From positions 64,001-76,554 of IMG/VR virus record IMGVR_UViG_3300001598_000045: a stretch of 12,554 nucleotides of DNA. The stretch is one strand, 5' to 3'. Shown here piece after piece: positions 1 to 6,991 of this stretch (the stretch's first letter is position 1; every line of letters begins with the position of its first letter). The stretch comes from a virus (taxonomy: Duplodnaviria; Heunggongvirae; Uroviricota; Caudoviricetes). Made by a program: the position numbers and the translations under genes. The notes under the pieces were generated by a model, which saw only the letters and a program-made list of their open reading frames with translations, did not search any database and had not been told where the DNA came from.

Positions 1-119
1 TTTTCAAAATCATCCTCTTCTTGTTCTTGTGCAGCTATTTTTGCAGCCTCATAAGCAGCTTGAGGGGTTTCTGGAAATAACTTTTTAATATCCTCAGCTC
101 GTTGTTCAATTGTTTTCAT
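1..119 (-). CDS. hypothetical protein, 5' part (runs off window start)
   Basis: Manually translated: ATG at 119, MKTIEQRAEDIKKLFPETPQAAYEAAKIAAQEQEEDDFE..., open to position 1. Its start overlaps the end of the upstream small ORF. Not in the ORF track. Confidence 0.65.
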   Translation of the reverse strand, partial: MKTIEQRAEDIKKLFPETPQAAYEAAKIAAQEQEEDDFE

Positions 120-228
120 ATTTTTTATTAATTTTTTGTTTAACTTTTTCTTCAAATATAAGACGCTTATGTGTTCCAGATTTTCCAATATCTTCTGAAA
201 TACACTCTTCTAAACTATATTTCTTCAT
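106..228 (-). CDS. small hypothetical protein (40 aa)
   Basis: Manually translated MKKYSLEECISEDIGKSGTHKRLIFEEKVKQKINKKYENN*. The ATG overlaps the TGA of 225..833 (ATGA coupling) and the ORF fills the gap in the operon. Confidence 0.55.
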   Translation of the reverse strand: MKKYSLEECISEDIGKSGTHKRLIFEEKVKQKINKKYENN

Positions 229-833
229 AATTTTCTTATTATCTTTGGAGTATGTCTATTATGTCCATCACCCTCTCCACTTTTTCTATAGGATGATGTA
301 CTAGTTTCTCCCTCAATATAAATATGATGAAATTCTAAATTTGGATTATTATTTGCATAAAATTTAAAAAGATAATGTGCAATTCTACCATCTATCGTTT
401 CAAATCGATCTCCAGTTTTAGCATCTTCAAAAATACCTACGGTTTTTAATCCTTTATTTGGGCTAACTAAAAAGTCACAGAGAGCTAATGAATTCAAAAG
501 ATCTCGCTTCTCATATCCTATAAATTCTTCAAAAGTACACTTAGAACAACAATATGTAACATTATTTTCACAATAAACTGGATATTTAGAATTCACCTTA
601 ATATTAACTATATGGTTTGTATCATAAGGTTTTCCACAATACTCAATTACTTTAAGGCTTAATTCTATTATCGTTCTTTTACCACCACTATTCCATTCAG
701 GTGTTGTTCTAGTAGTTTTTATAATTTTATCTATAACTTGATATTTATAAGTATATAATCTAGTTTCATAATGAGCTATAGCATAAACTACATCTAATTT
801 ACTATTTCCAAAAGTCCAATTACTTTTATGCAT
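225..833 (-). CDS. hypothetical protein (202 aa)
   Basis: Long ORF in the co-directional gene run with tight spacing to its neighbours. No motif recognised. Confidence 0.75.
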   Translation of the reverse strand: MHKSNWTFGNSKLDVVYAIAHYETRLYTYKYQVIDKIIKTTRTTPEWNSGGKRTIIELSLKVIEYCGKPYDTNHIVNIKVNSKYPVYCENNVTYCCSKCTFEEFIGYEKRDLLNSLALCDFLVSPNKGLKTVGIFEDAKTGDRFETIDGRIAHYLFKFYANNNPNLEFHHIYIEGETSTSSYRKSGEGDGHNRHTPKIIRKL

Positions 834-837
834 ATTA

Positions 838-1173
838 TTAAATCTTAGTATTTTTTAATCCTTGTAATGCAGCACTAATTGCATCTTCATAGGCATCATT
901 ATATTCGAATGATCGTCCATCAATTACATTATCAGACTCAATTTCTACTACTATCCAGGAATATATATTACCATCAGGCATTTCATCGACTATTATATAA
1001 ATACCTTTAGTTCTTAACCAACTTTTCATTTGTTGTATAGTAGGAATAGCAAAACATTTATCGTCTATTATAACTCCATTACTATTTTCTGGATCAAGTA
1101 AATCAAGTTGTGCTCCTAGAGAATAAGCTAATCTTATTTGCTCTTCTGTACAATATCTCTCAAATTCTTTCAT
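838..1173 (-). CDS. phage hypothetical protein, paralogue of 2618..2971
   Basis: Shares YCTE-Q-x3-A-x2-LGA-x-L, PT-x-QQM-x2-WL and a C-terminal A-I-x2-AL helix with 2618..2971. Confidence 0.8.
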   Translation of the reverse strand: MKEFERYCTEEQIRLAYSLGAQLDLLDPENSNGVIIDDKCFAIPTIQQMKSWLRTKGIYIIVDEMPDGNIYSWIVVEIESDNVIDGRSFEYNDAYEDAISAALQGLKNTKI

Positions 1174-1951
1174 CTTTAATTAAATTTTTGTAAGTTCTCC
1201 AATACATTAATGGTAATTTATCTAATTGTGCAAATCCATATAATCCACAACTAAAAAACTTATGACATTCCATTACATAAGTATCACCATCTATTTCATC
1301 TACATAAACATCTAATGTTCCCTCTTTTAGTAAGCCATTTAATTGATATATATAACTATCAATAGACTCTTTATTAGGAAATGCAAATGGATTACCTGAA
1401 TAGTTTTTTATATCTACAGCTTCTCCATTATGAATAAATACTCTCCATTCAGAAGAAATATGATCATCCGGTATTAAACTAGATATCTGAACATCTTTAA
1501 GTCCGGCTCTTCTAATATCATCTAATGTAAAATAAACACCATTCTTAGGATTTTTTATTTTTTCATTATCTTTTGCATAGAGTCCGCCTAAAATATGCCA
1601 AGCAGTATTAGTTTCATCTAGTACTATATTATTTACAGCTCTACCTAGATTCATACTATTACTTAAAAAACATTCAGGAACATTTAGTGGTTTTAGTGTT
1701 TTATTAGCCACCTCATCACCAAAATATGTTCTAATATATTTTTCTACAAATTCAATAGTACCAATAGGACACCATTCGGATGGATCAATTTCATGTAAAG
1801 TTTTTAAATTTACAATGTCTGATAAATCACTATATATAAATTTAAAACTATTATCTTTATCTTTCCAATCCCAATATTCTTTCGATCTTTTCATTTGATA
1901 ACACTGATCTAATGTTATCTCATTTCTAATAAGTTGCAATATAAAATTCAT
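1160..1951 (-). CDS. ATP-grasp protein, R2K clade / DUF4343-like
   Basis: Motifs PIGTIEFV, PLNVP, SEWRVFIHNG, YSGNP, TLDVYV and VMECHKFFSCGLYG match my recollection of DUF4343/R2K ATP-grasp proteins. Recognised by eye. Confidence 0.7.
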   Translation of the reverse strand: MNFILQLIRNEITLDQCYQMKRSKEYWDWKDKDNSFKFIYSDLSDIVNLKTLHEIDPSEWCPIGTIEFVEKYIRTYFGDEVANKTLKPLNVPECFLSNSMNLGRAVNNIVLDETNTAWHILGGLYAKDNEKIKNPKNGVYFTLDDIRRAGLKDVQISSLIPDDHISSEWRVFIHNGEAVDIKNYSGNPFAFPNKESIDSYIYQLNGLLKEGTLDVYVDEIDGDTYVMECHKFFSCGLYGFAQLDKLPLMYWRTYKNLIKDERI

Positions 1952-1952
1952 A

Positions 1953-2234
1953 TTATTTCTTAATTTCTTTTATAACTTTCAATGCTCCTTTTGCTTTATA
2001 TTTTATACTTGCTATATTATGAGCAAGATTTCCTGTAGTAGTGTGCTCCAACTCTTCAATAATACCTTCAAGTATACATTTAACAAAATCTGGATCACTT
2101 ACATTATATTTACTCTCAGGATTTTCATCAGCCCACTTTGCTCCTCTTTCAAAATCACGTCTTCTTCGTAATTCAAATTCTCCAACTGGAAATTCATTAC
2201 AGGCAGCACTATAAATTTGTTCCTCCCTACTCAT
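1953..2234 (-). CDS. phage hypothetical protein
   Basis: 93-aa ORF. The FERGAKWADENP segment resembles a short-protein family common in Bacteroidales phages. Confidence 0.7.
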   Translation of the reverse strand: MSREEQIYSAACNEFPVGEFELRRRRDFERGAKWADENPESKYNVSDPDFVKCILEGIIEELEHTTTGNLAHNIASIKYKAKGALKVIKEIKK

Positions 2235-2616
2235 TGGTTTTCTTTCGTTTTTTATAATAATATTTTAAATCATCTGCTGGCCAATCATAATGATACAGGT
2301 CATCTATTTTTACTCTAGCACTGTATTTTTCTCCATCATTACCTAAATAATCTATATCAACTTCATTGATCCTCATACATAAACAACGAACTTTAATAAC
2401 CCTAGCTAGATAGATACCATAATAAAACATATCATTGTTGGTATCCTCTTTTTCTAGTTTATCAATCTCTCTTTTATGTTTTCTTAATTTATCCCAGAAA
2501 GTTTGTTTCTTGTAAGGTTGATAATGTACAGCAAAGAATATACCTCCATATCCCTTTGCCATATGTGCTTCATAAGTTTCTGCAAATTCAACTAATGATT
2601 CAAATACTTTTAACAT
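2227..2616 (-). CDS. hypothetical protein (129 aa)
   Basis: ORF overlapping or abutting its neighbours in the same-strand run. Confidence 0.7.
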   Translation of the reverse strand: MLKVFESLVEFAETYEAHMAKGYGGIFFAVHYQPYKKQTFWDKLRKHKREIDKLEKEDTNNDMFYYGIYLARVIKVRCLCMRINEVDIDYLGNDGEKYSARVKIDDLYHYDWPADDLKYYYKKRKKTNE

Positions 2617-2617
2617 A

Positions 2618-2971
2618 TTATTTTTTATTTTCTAAGTAATCAAGTGCAGTGTCAATAGCAGCTAATTCTGCTTCTTTCCTAGTTTTATAGTATGGAGTCG
2701 ATTCCCTACTATAATAGTCAATCTCAAATTCTTTAGTACTTAGATCTTTATAATCTATATAGGGCTGATATCCTCTGTCTCTGAAAAAATCAATATCAAT
2801 AACAATATTTTTTTCATCTTCTAACCAACCTATCATTTGCTGAGTCGTTGGAACTTCAATTTCTATTTTAAGATCAGGTTTTCGTAAACGATAACTATGC
2901 ATTAATGGCGCACCTAATTTATTTGCTCTTTTTGTTTGATATTCTGTACAATAATTACTATAACTTTCCAT
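2618..2971 (-). CDS. phage hypothetical protein, paralogue of 838..1173
   Basis: Carries the YCTEYQTKRANKLGAPL, PTTQQMIGWL and EAELAAIDTAL motifs shared with 838..1173. Confidence 0.8.
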   Translation of the reverse strand: MESYSNYCTEYQTKRANKLGAPLMHSYRLRKPDLKIEIEVPTTQQMIGWLEDEKNIVIDIDFFRDRGYQPYIDYKDLSTKEFEIDYYSRESTPYYKTRKEAELAAIDTALDYLENKK

Positions 2972-3296
2972 ATTCTTTTTTATTTAATTGTTCACATAAA
3001 TATTCATATGCACTATTCAACCATTCACCAGACTCCTTTGACATCACATTTTTTCTATCATCAGGACTTAAATGTTCTAATGCATCTTGTAATGAATAAG
3101 CAGGATAGCCACCTTCTTTCTTAAAATTTTCCCAATCTAAAGGTAAATGATCTTCTGGTACATCAGGAGTGGTAAATACATGCTGCTTTCCATTCATATT
3201 ATAAGAAGGACCATAATAGTGACTGGCATCTGAAGTATCTAATCCAAGCTCTTCAAGATGTTTCATTTGATCTAAGCTAAGCACTATATCTTTCAT
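2958..3296 (-). CDS. phage hypothetical protein (112 aa; start revised to MKDIV)
   Basis: The track starts at 3338, inside the upstream gene. The second ATG (3296) follows AAAGGAGGAATAATT and lies just past the upstream stop. LSLDQMKHLEELG...PAYSLQD resembles a Bacteroidales phage family. Confidence 0.7.
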   Translation of the reverse strand: MKDIVLSLDQMKHLEELGLDTSDASHYYGPSYNMNGKQHVFTTPDVPEDHLPLDWENFKKEGGYPAYSLQDALEHLSPDDRKNVMSKESGEWLNSAYEYLCEQLNKKEYGKL

Positions 3297-3298
3297 AA

Positions 3299-3628
3299 TT
3301 ATTCCTCCTTTGCTTTTCGATAGCCAATCATTGCACATTTTAATGCTAATAACTTTACCTTTAAATCATCACCTTTCACAAACTTAATCCATTTATAGGC
3401 TTTATCACGTAGTTTTTCTTCATCAATAGGTTCTTGATATTTTGATACAATATCCCATTCATCATCTCCTAAACATATACCATCCTCATCATATGGCACA
3501 AATTCCAATAAATCCTCAACCATTAAATAATGTTTACCGTATAGAGTCTTTTTATGGTATATAGCAATTTTTTCATTTTTTGTTACAAACTTGTCACCAA
3601 ATTTAGCACCATCAAATATATTTTCCAT
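3299..3628 (-). CDS. phage hypothetical protein
   Basis: 109-aa ORF starting 2 nt after the rtcB stop. The IFDGAKFGDKFVTK N-terminus resembles Bacteroidales phage proteins. Confidence 0.75.
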   Translation of the reverse strand: MENIFDGAKFGDKFVTKNEKIAIYHKKTLYGKHYLMVEDLLEFVPYDEDGICLGDDEWDIVSKYQEPIDEEKLRDKAYKWIKFVKGDDLKVKLLALKCAMIGYRKAKEE

Positions 3629-3630
3629 AA

Positions 3631-4422
3631 CTAATCCTCCATTGAATTTAAAGCTTTCATACTAATAACTGGCTTGATAAAATATAAAATCTCACAACTT
3701 GGTTCTAAGAGTTTTACTATTTCGGCCGTTTCTTTATAAGCCATAGGAGATTCATCGATAGTTCCTTTTCCGATCGATGTTGAATATATACCCTCCATTT
3801 GCTTTTGAAATTCGGCCGTAGATAATAACTCTTTTGCTTTTGATCTTGACATTACACGACCAGATCCATGAGGCGCACTATAATTCCAATCTTCATTACT
3901 TTTACCGGAACATATAGCTAAACCATCCCTCATATTAAATGGAATTACAACTTTTTCTCCCAGGTATGATCTAATTGCACCCTTTCGAATAATATGATCT
4001 TCCATGTCTATATAATTGTGGGTTGATCTTATTTCTTCAATTACTTTAGCTCCATTTATCTTTTTAAATATGGCGCTAATTTTCTGGGCTATGAATATAT
4101 GGTTAAATTTTGCATATGCCTGAGTAATAACCATATCTGTAATGTAGCCCTTAAGATCCTCGCCATAAAGATATCCCGTCGGCTTTAATTCTGCTCTCAT
4201 CTTAGCCTCTTCATTAAAACACAACTGAGCTATTTTACTTTTATCCTTCGTCGTCTCTCTAATTATTCTTTGACGCGCTTTTAACTCTTTTCTATCTATC
4301 TCACCTTTTTCTGCACGTCTAGACCAATATGCCCAAACTTTAATACCAAGATTTCTAGAACCCGTATGTATAGTAAAAGCATAGTTACCTTCAGGAGTTA
4401 CACCAATCTCAATAAAATGATT
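3631..4422 (-). CDS. rtcB: RtcB RNA ligase, exon 2 (263 aa: NHFIEIG...SMED)
   Basis: Carries the RtcB C-terminal motifs NHFIE, IHTGSR, HNY, RKGA, SAPHGSGR (guanylylated-His motif) and DESPMAYK. It begins immediately after intron omega-G at 4423. The TTG 'start' at 4425 in the track is intron sequence. Confidence 0.93.
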   Translation of the reverse strand, partial: NHFIEIGVTPEGNYAFTIHTGSRNLGIKVWAYWSRRAEKGEIDRKELKARQRIIRETTKDKSKIAQLCFNEEAKMRAELKPTGYLYGEDLKGYITDMVITQAYAKFNHIFIAQKISAIFKKINGAKVIEEIRSTHNYIDMEDHIIRKGAIRSYLGEKVVIPFNMRDGLAICSGKSNEDWNYSAPHGSGRVMSRSKAKELLSTAEFQKQMEGIYSTSIGKGTIDESPMAYKETAEIVKLLEPSCEILYFIKPVISMKALNSMED

Positions 4423-4433
4423 CAAATTTGTTA

Positions 4434-5122
4434 CTAAACTATAATTAATCTCTTTTCCAAATCTTTATTTCTTTTGATTTTAATAATTTTCGATCTAAAC
4501 TTAATAAATTATTATCATCATAGTACAATAAGCCTGCTAATTTTACAGCATTTTCTCTAGTTACTATAATATTGTAAACATTATCTCGTTTATTTCTATT
4601 TAAATGTTTTTCAATTCCTAACTCATCTTTTAAAAATCTTAAATAATTTATTTTTAAATTTTCACTTTTAGTTACTAAACTAATAAATGGTATACCTGTA
4701 GAGGTAAAGCCAATACTACCGTCGCCATCTATTACCCCTCTCCAAAAATCATATTTTTCAAAACTAACAGTTGGAATATTTGCGTTCAAGGTTTTTTCCT
4801 TAATAGGAAATCCACAGCTAATTAATCCATCCCTAAATACTTTCAAATGATTTGTAAATAACACCGTTGTATAATCTTTACCATTTGAAAAATTCGTTTT
4901 TCTAGTTCTTGTATGTATTTTTGAATTTTCAATAATGTTATATAGTTTTTGTACTATATCAAAATCTCTTTCTTGGACCTCTAAAGTAACCTTTCCACGA
5001 TTTCTTGTAGTTAAATACAAAGAACCGTCAGTAATTAGGAGTCCAAATATATAACTATCTATTTTATTCATTTATTTTATTAAATTATTATATTTATTAT
5101 CTATTGATTAATTATAGTTTAG
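4434..5122. repeat. perfect 17-bp inverted repeat (4434-4450 / 5106-5122) flanking the endonuclease ORF
   Basis: + strand ctaaactataattaatc (4434-4450) is the exact reverse complement of gattaattatagtttag (5106-5122). The endonuclease stop codon lies within one arm. Confidence 0.9.
4445..5071 (-). CDS. intron-encoded LAGLIDADG homing endonuclease (two-motif, 208 aa)
   Basis: Two LAGLIDADG helices, YIFGLLITDGSL and FWRGVIDGDGSI. The ORF lies wholly inside the intron. Confidence 0.9.
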   Translation of the reverse strand: MNKIDSYIFGLLITDGSLYLTTRNRGKVTLEVQERDFDIVQKLYNIIENSKIHTRTRKTNFSNGKDYTTVLFTNHLKVFRDGLISCGFPIKEKTLNANIPTVSFEKYDFWRGVIDGDGSIGFTSTGIPFISLVTKSENLKINYLRFLKDELGIEKHLNRNKRDNVYNIIVTRENAVKLAGLLYYDDNNLLSLDRKLLKSKEIKIWKRD

Positions 5123-5368
5123 GATAGGTCATTTCTGCCTATCTCTATAGATTCAATATTCTCTATAGTTCGGAGCACACCTTCACCCTATATAGTCATA
5201 GTATATAGAGTGCCCAAGTCCCTCTGCTCTCTACGATGGTATATAATATAAATATTATATACTTATCTCGGAATTATCATCTCAGATTTTCCCGATATGG
5301 ACGAGTTTAACTATTAGCATCTATTAAATGCTACGGAGGCAATCATAACTATTAAATTAGATTAACTC

Positions 5369-5887
5369 ACCTCCGCCAATTGACCCTAAAGACTTATAAA
5401 ATACACCAAGATCCATTCCTATTCTTTGTGTAAATTTTCGTAAACCTTCTTCAGAAATATCAAAGTCTTCTATCATTTCTGGCCATTGTTGTTTAGCTCG
5501 AGAATATTCAGACTTCATAAACTTAATAAAATCTTTCATCTCAAAACTAGCCTTATCCTGAAGTTCCTTACCAAATTTTACTTCTTTCCTAATTCTATGT
5601 TCTATTAATGCATACTCTTCCGGATTCACTGGTTTATCTAAAATATAAGTGTCAATACAACAACCTATATCACAACCTACATGATCCGGATTTACACATT
5701 CATTTATAGGAGAAGTAAAACCTATAACAATACCCGCCCCAACATGAGTATCTGGCATTATTCTTATCTTAGAGTCTTTAAAAGCTGGATTATCACATAT
5801 CTTATAAACCATACTTTTTGTCTCTTCTTCTAATGTCTCTGCAAAAATCTTACAATCTTTACAATTTTCTCCTTTAATCTCTAACAT
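5369..5887 (-). CDS. rtcB: RtcB RNA ligase, exon 1 (173 aa: MLEIKG...GSIGGG)
   Basis: Carries the RtcB N-terminal motifs IMPDTHVG, IGF, VGCDIGC and LGSIGGG. The reading frame hits TAA 3 codons into the intron. Confidence 0.93.
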
Positions 5888-5903
5888 ATTAAATTTTCTA
5901 TTT

Positions 5904-5919
5904 TCATATATAAGGAAAA
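5904..5919 (-). promoter_or_regulatory. putative phage promoter motif TTTTCCTTATATATGA upstream of rtcB
   Basis: Identical 16-mer at 6928-6943 and an 11-nt match at 9757-9767. Each lies 14-17 nt before an ATG and just after a terminator. Confidence 0.55.
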
Positions 5920-5920
5920 T

Positions 5921-5950
5921 AAGAAAAAGAAAAGGGATTTTTATATCCCT
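5921..5950 (-). terminator. intrinsic terminator
   Basis: AGGGAT-N6-ATCCCT hairpin (5950-5933) followed by a U-rich tract, directly after the 5957..6109 ORF. Confidence 0.6.
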
Positions 5951-5956
5951 CTAACT

Positions 5957-6109
5957 TTACAATAAATATGGTCTTATAAACCAACAAGACTCTTTACCAT
6001 CTTCGTGTGGAAATCTAATACTCTGAATTTTACTATCTAGAATATAAAGATCCTCTAATTGTAATCTAGAATAATCACTAAATTTCAAATCTTGTCTACT
6101 TTTTTGCAT
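5957..6109 (-). CDS. small hypothetical protein (50 aa)
   Basis: Manually translated MQKSRQDLKFSDYSRLQLEDLYILDSKIQSIRFPHEDGKESCWFIRPYLL*. It starts 2 nt after the upstream stop and ends just before the terminator. Confidence 0.6.
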   Translation of the reverse strand: MQKSRQDLKFSDYSRLQLEDLYILDSKIQSIRFPHEDGKESCWFIRPYLL

Positions 6110-6111
6110 AT

Positions 6112-6741
6112 TTAACAATTTTCTAATGTCTTTTTGTTTTTAATATATACAATTATCCAGCCTATATCATCTACTATACAACAAAGTCCCCATATAAATA
6201 GAGAAACTTTTAATGACGGTAAACATAATAAAGCTAATCCAAAACCAATTACACATACAATACCCTCAACTATCGACGAATTATTATCATACACTTCTCG
6301 ATCTTTTTCAATCCACATCTTTGCTTTAAATGCCATAATACACTTACAAACAAATGTAGAAATGAAAGTTGAGTAAAATAAAGAATATATTGCAAATACC
6401 CAAACATTGTATTGGATAAAACATAAATACATTCCCAATAAACACCCTAAAGTGGACTCTGTAATGGCGAGAATAGAAAAATATTTTATAGCTTTTTCTC
6501 TAATCTTACCTTTCCAAATCATACCTATTATAAGACCAGCTACATTTCCTATTAAGGCTTGACATGCTATCCACTGTGCCGGAAGTTCTGATATAATTGC
6601 TTTTGTTATCGTAGGACTAGTATATGTTCCTAAAAGACCAGCTAACAATATACTAATCAATAACCACTTTTGATTTTGGTCTGGATGAATATTAAGTATA
6701 TCTAATATCTTCCTAAATATTTTACTAAAGAGTTCCTTCAT
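6112..6741 (-). CDS. multi-pass membrane protein (~6 TM), possibly half-MFS-like
   Basis: About six hydrophobic segments in 209 aa. The WIEKDREVYDNNSSIVEGIVCVIGFGLA segment is reminiscent of the MFS TM4-TM5 loop. The family call is tentative. Confidence 0.6.
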   Translation of the reverse strand: MKELFSKIFRKILDILNIHPDQNQKWLLISILLAGLLGTYTSPTITKAIISELPAQWIACQALIGNVAGLIIGMIWKGKIREKAIKYFSILAITESTLGCLLGMYLCFIQYNVWVFAIYSLFYSTFISTFVCKCIMAFKAKMWIEKDREVYDNNSSIVEGIVCVIGFGLALLCLPSLKVSLFIWGLCCIVDDIGWIIVYIKNKKTLENC

Positions 6742-6913
6742 TACACTTTATATAAGATATTAATTTTTCATAATCTTCTTTGGTTATTTCTTGATATACT
6801 GCAACACCATTAAACCAAATTCGATAAGTCCCACATTCTATAGTAATATTTCTAATAGAATCTGTATTAATACAATAACTAATACCACGTGAATTTTTTC
6901 CTTTAAGCCACAT
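6725..6913 (-). CDS. small hypothetical protein (62 aa)
   Basis: First ORF after the 6928 promoter-like motif. It overlaps the start of the next gene. Confidence 0.65.
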   Translation of the reverse strand: MWLKGKNSRGISYCINTDSIRNITIECGTYRIWFNGVAVYQEITKEDYEKLISYIKCNEGTL

Positions 6914-6927
6914 AATCTTATTTTAAA

Positions 6928-6943
6928 TCATATATAAGGAAAA
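6928..6943 (-). promoter_or_regulatory. putative phage promoter motif (copy 2)
   Basis: Identical to 5904-5919. Sits between a terminator and the ATG at 6913. Confidence 0.55.
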
Positions 6944-6947
6944 GAGA

Positions 6948-6985
6948 ATAAAAAAAGAAAGTACAGATTAATTCTATACTTTCTT
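6948..6985 (-). terminator. intrinsic terminator
   Basis: 13-bp stem AAGAAAGUAUAGA/UCUGUACUUUCUU (one G.U pair), 5-nt loop, then a U run. Confidence 0.75.
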
Positions 6986-6991
6986 AATTTA

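Larger units (their letters stand above)
4423..5368 (-). mobile_element. group I self-splicing intron (946 nt) in rtcB, encoding a LAGLIDADG homing endonuclease
   Basis: The 5' exon ends in U (GGU) and the intron ends in G. P1: exon CGGAGGU (5375-5369) pairs with IGS GCCUCCG (5340-5334) with U.G at the splice site. P10: AUGAUU (5346-5341) pairs with 3' exon AAUCAU (4422-4417). Other helices: P2 5315-5333; P4 5290-5295/5268-5273; P6a 10 bp 5239-5262; P7 GAGCA/UGCUC (5229-5225/5177-5173); P8 11 bp 5184-5212; P9 hairpins 5145-5168 and 5123-5143. Removing the intron restores in-frame GSIGGG-NHFIE. Confidence 0.93.

Noticed and set aside
110-304. Plus-strand 64-aa ORF
   Set aside because: Antisense shadow of coupled minus-strand genes. 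Its low-complexity F/L/I content reflects the A-rich opposite strand.
2905-3124. Two plus-strand ORFs (64 and 62 aa)
   Set aside because: They overlap well-supported minus-strand genes and show no motif or expression signals.
5239-5262. AT-rich palindrome as an operator or origin
   Set aside because: It is explained as intron helix P6a, between the Q and R elements.
4423-5368. Intein in RtcB (a LAGLIDADG inside rtcB would suggest one)
   Set aside because: The insert has an in-frame stop 3 codons in, the endonuclease has its own ATG and stop, and there is no Cys/Ser start or His-Asn end. The RNA pairings fit a group I intron.
3631-5887. Two independent genes (176 aa and 264 aa) as given by the ORF track, i.e. 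a naturally split RtcB
   Set aside because: The TTG start at 4425 and the ELI* tail are intron sequence. Precise in-frame rejoining, supported by P1 and P10, explains both fragments.
6134-6376. Plus-strand 80-aa ORF
   Set aside because: Lies entirely antisense to the membrane protein gene.
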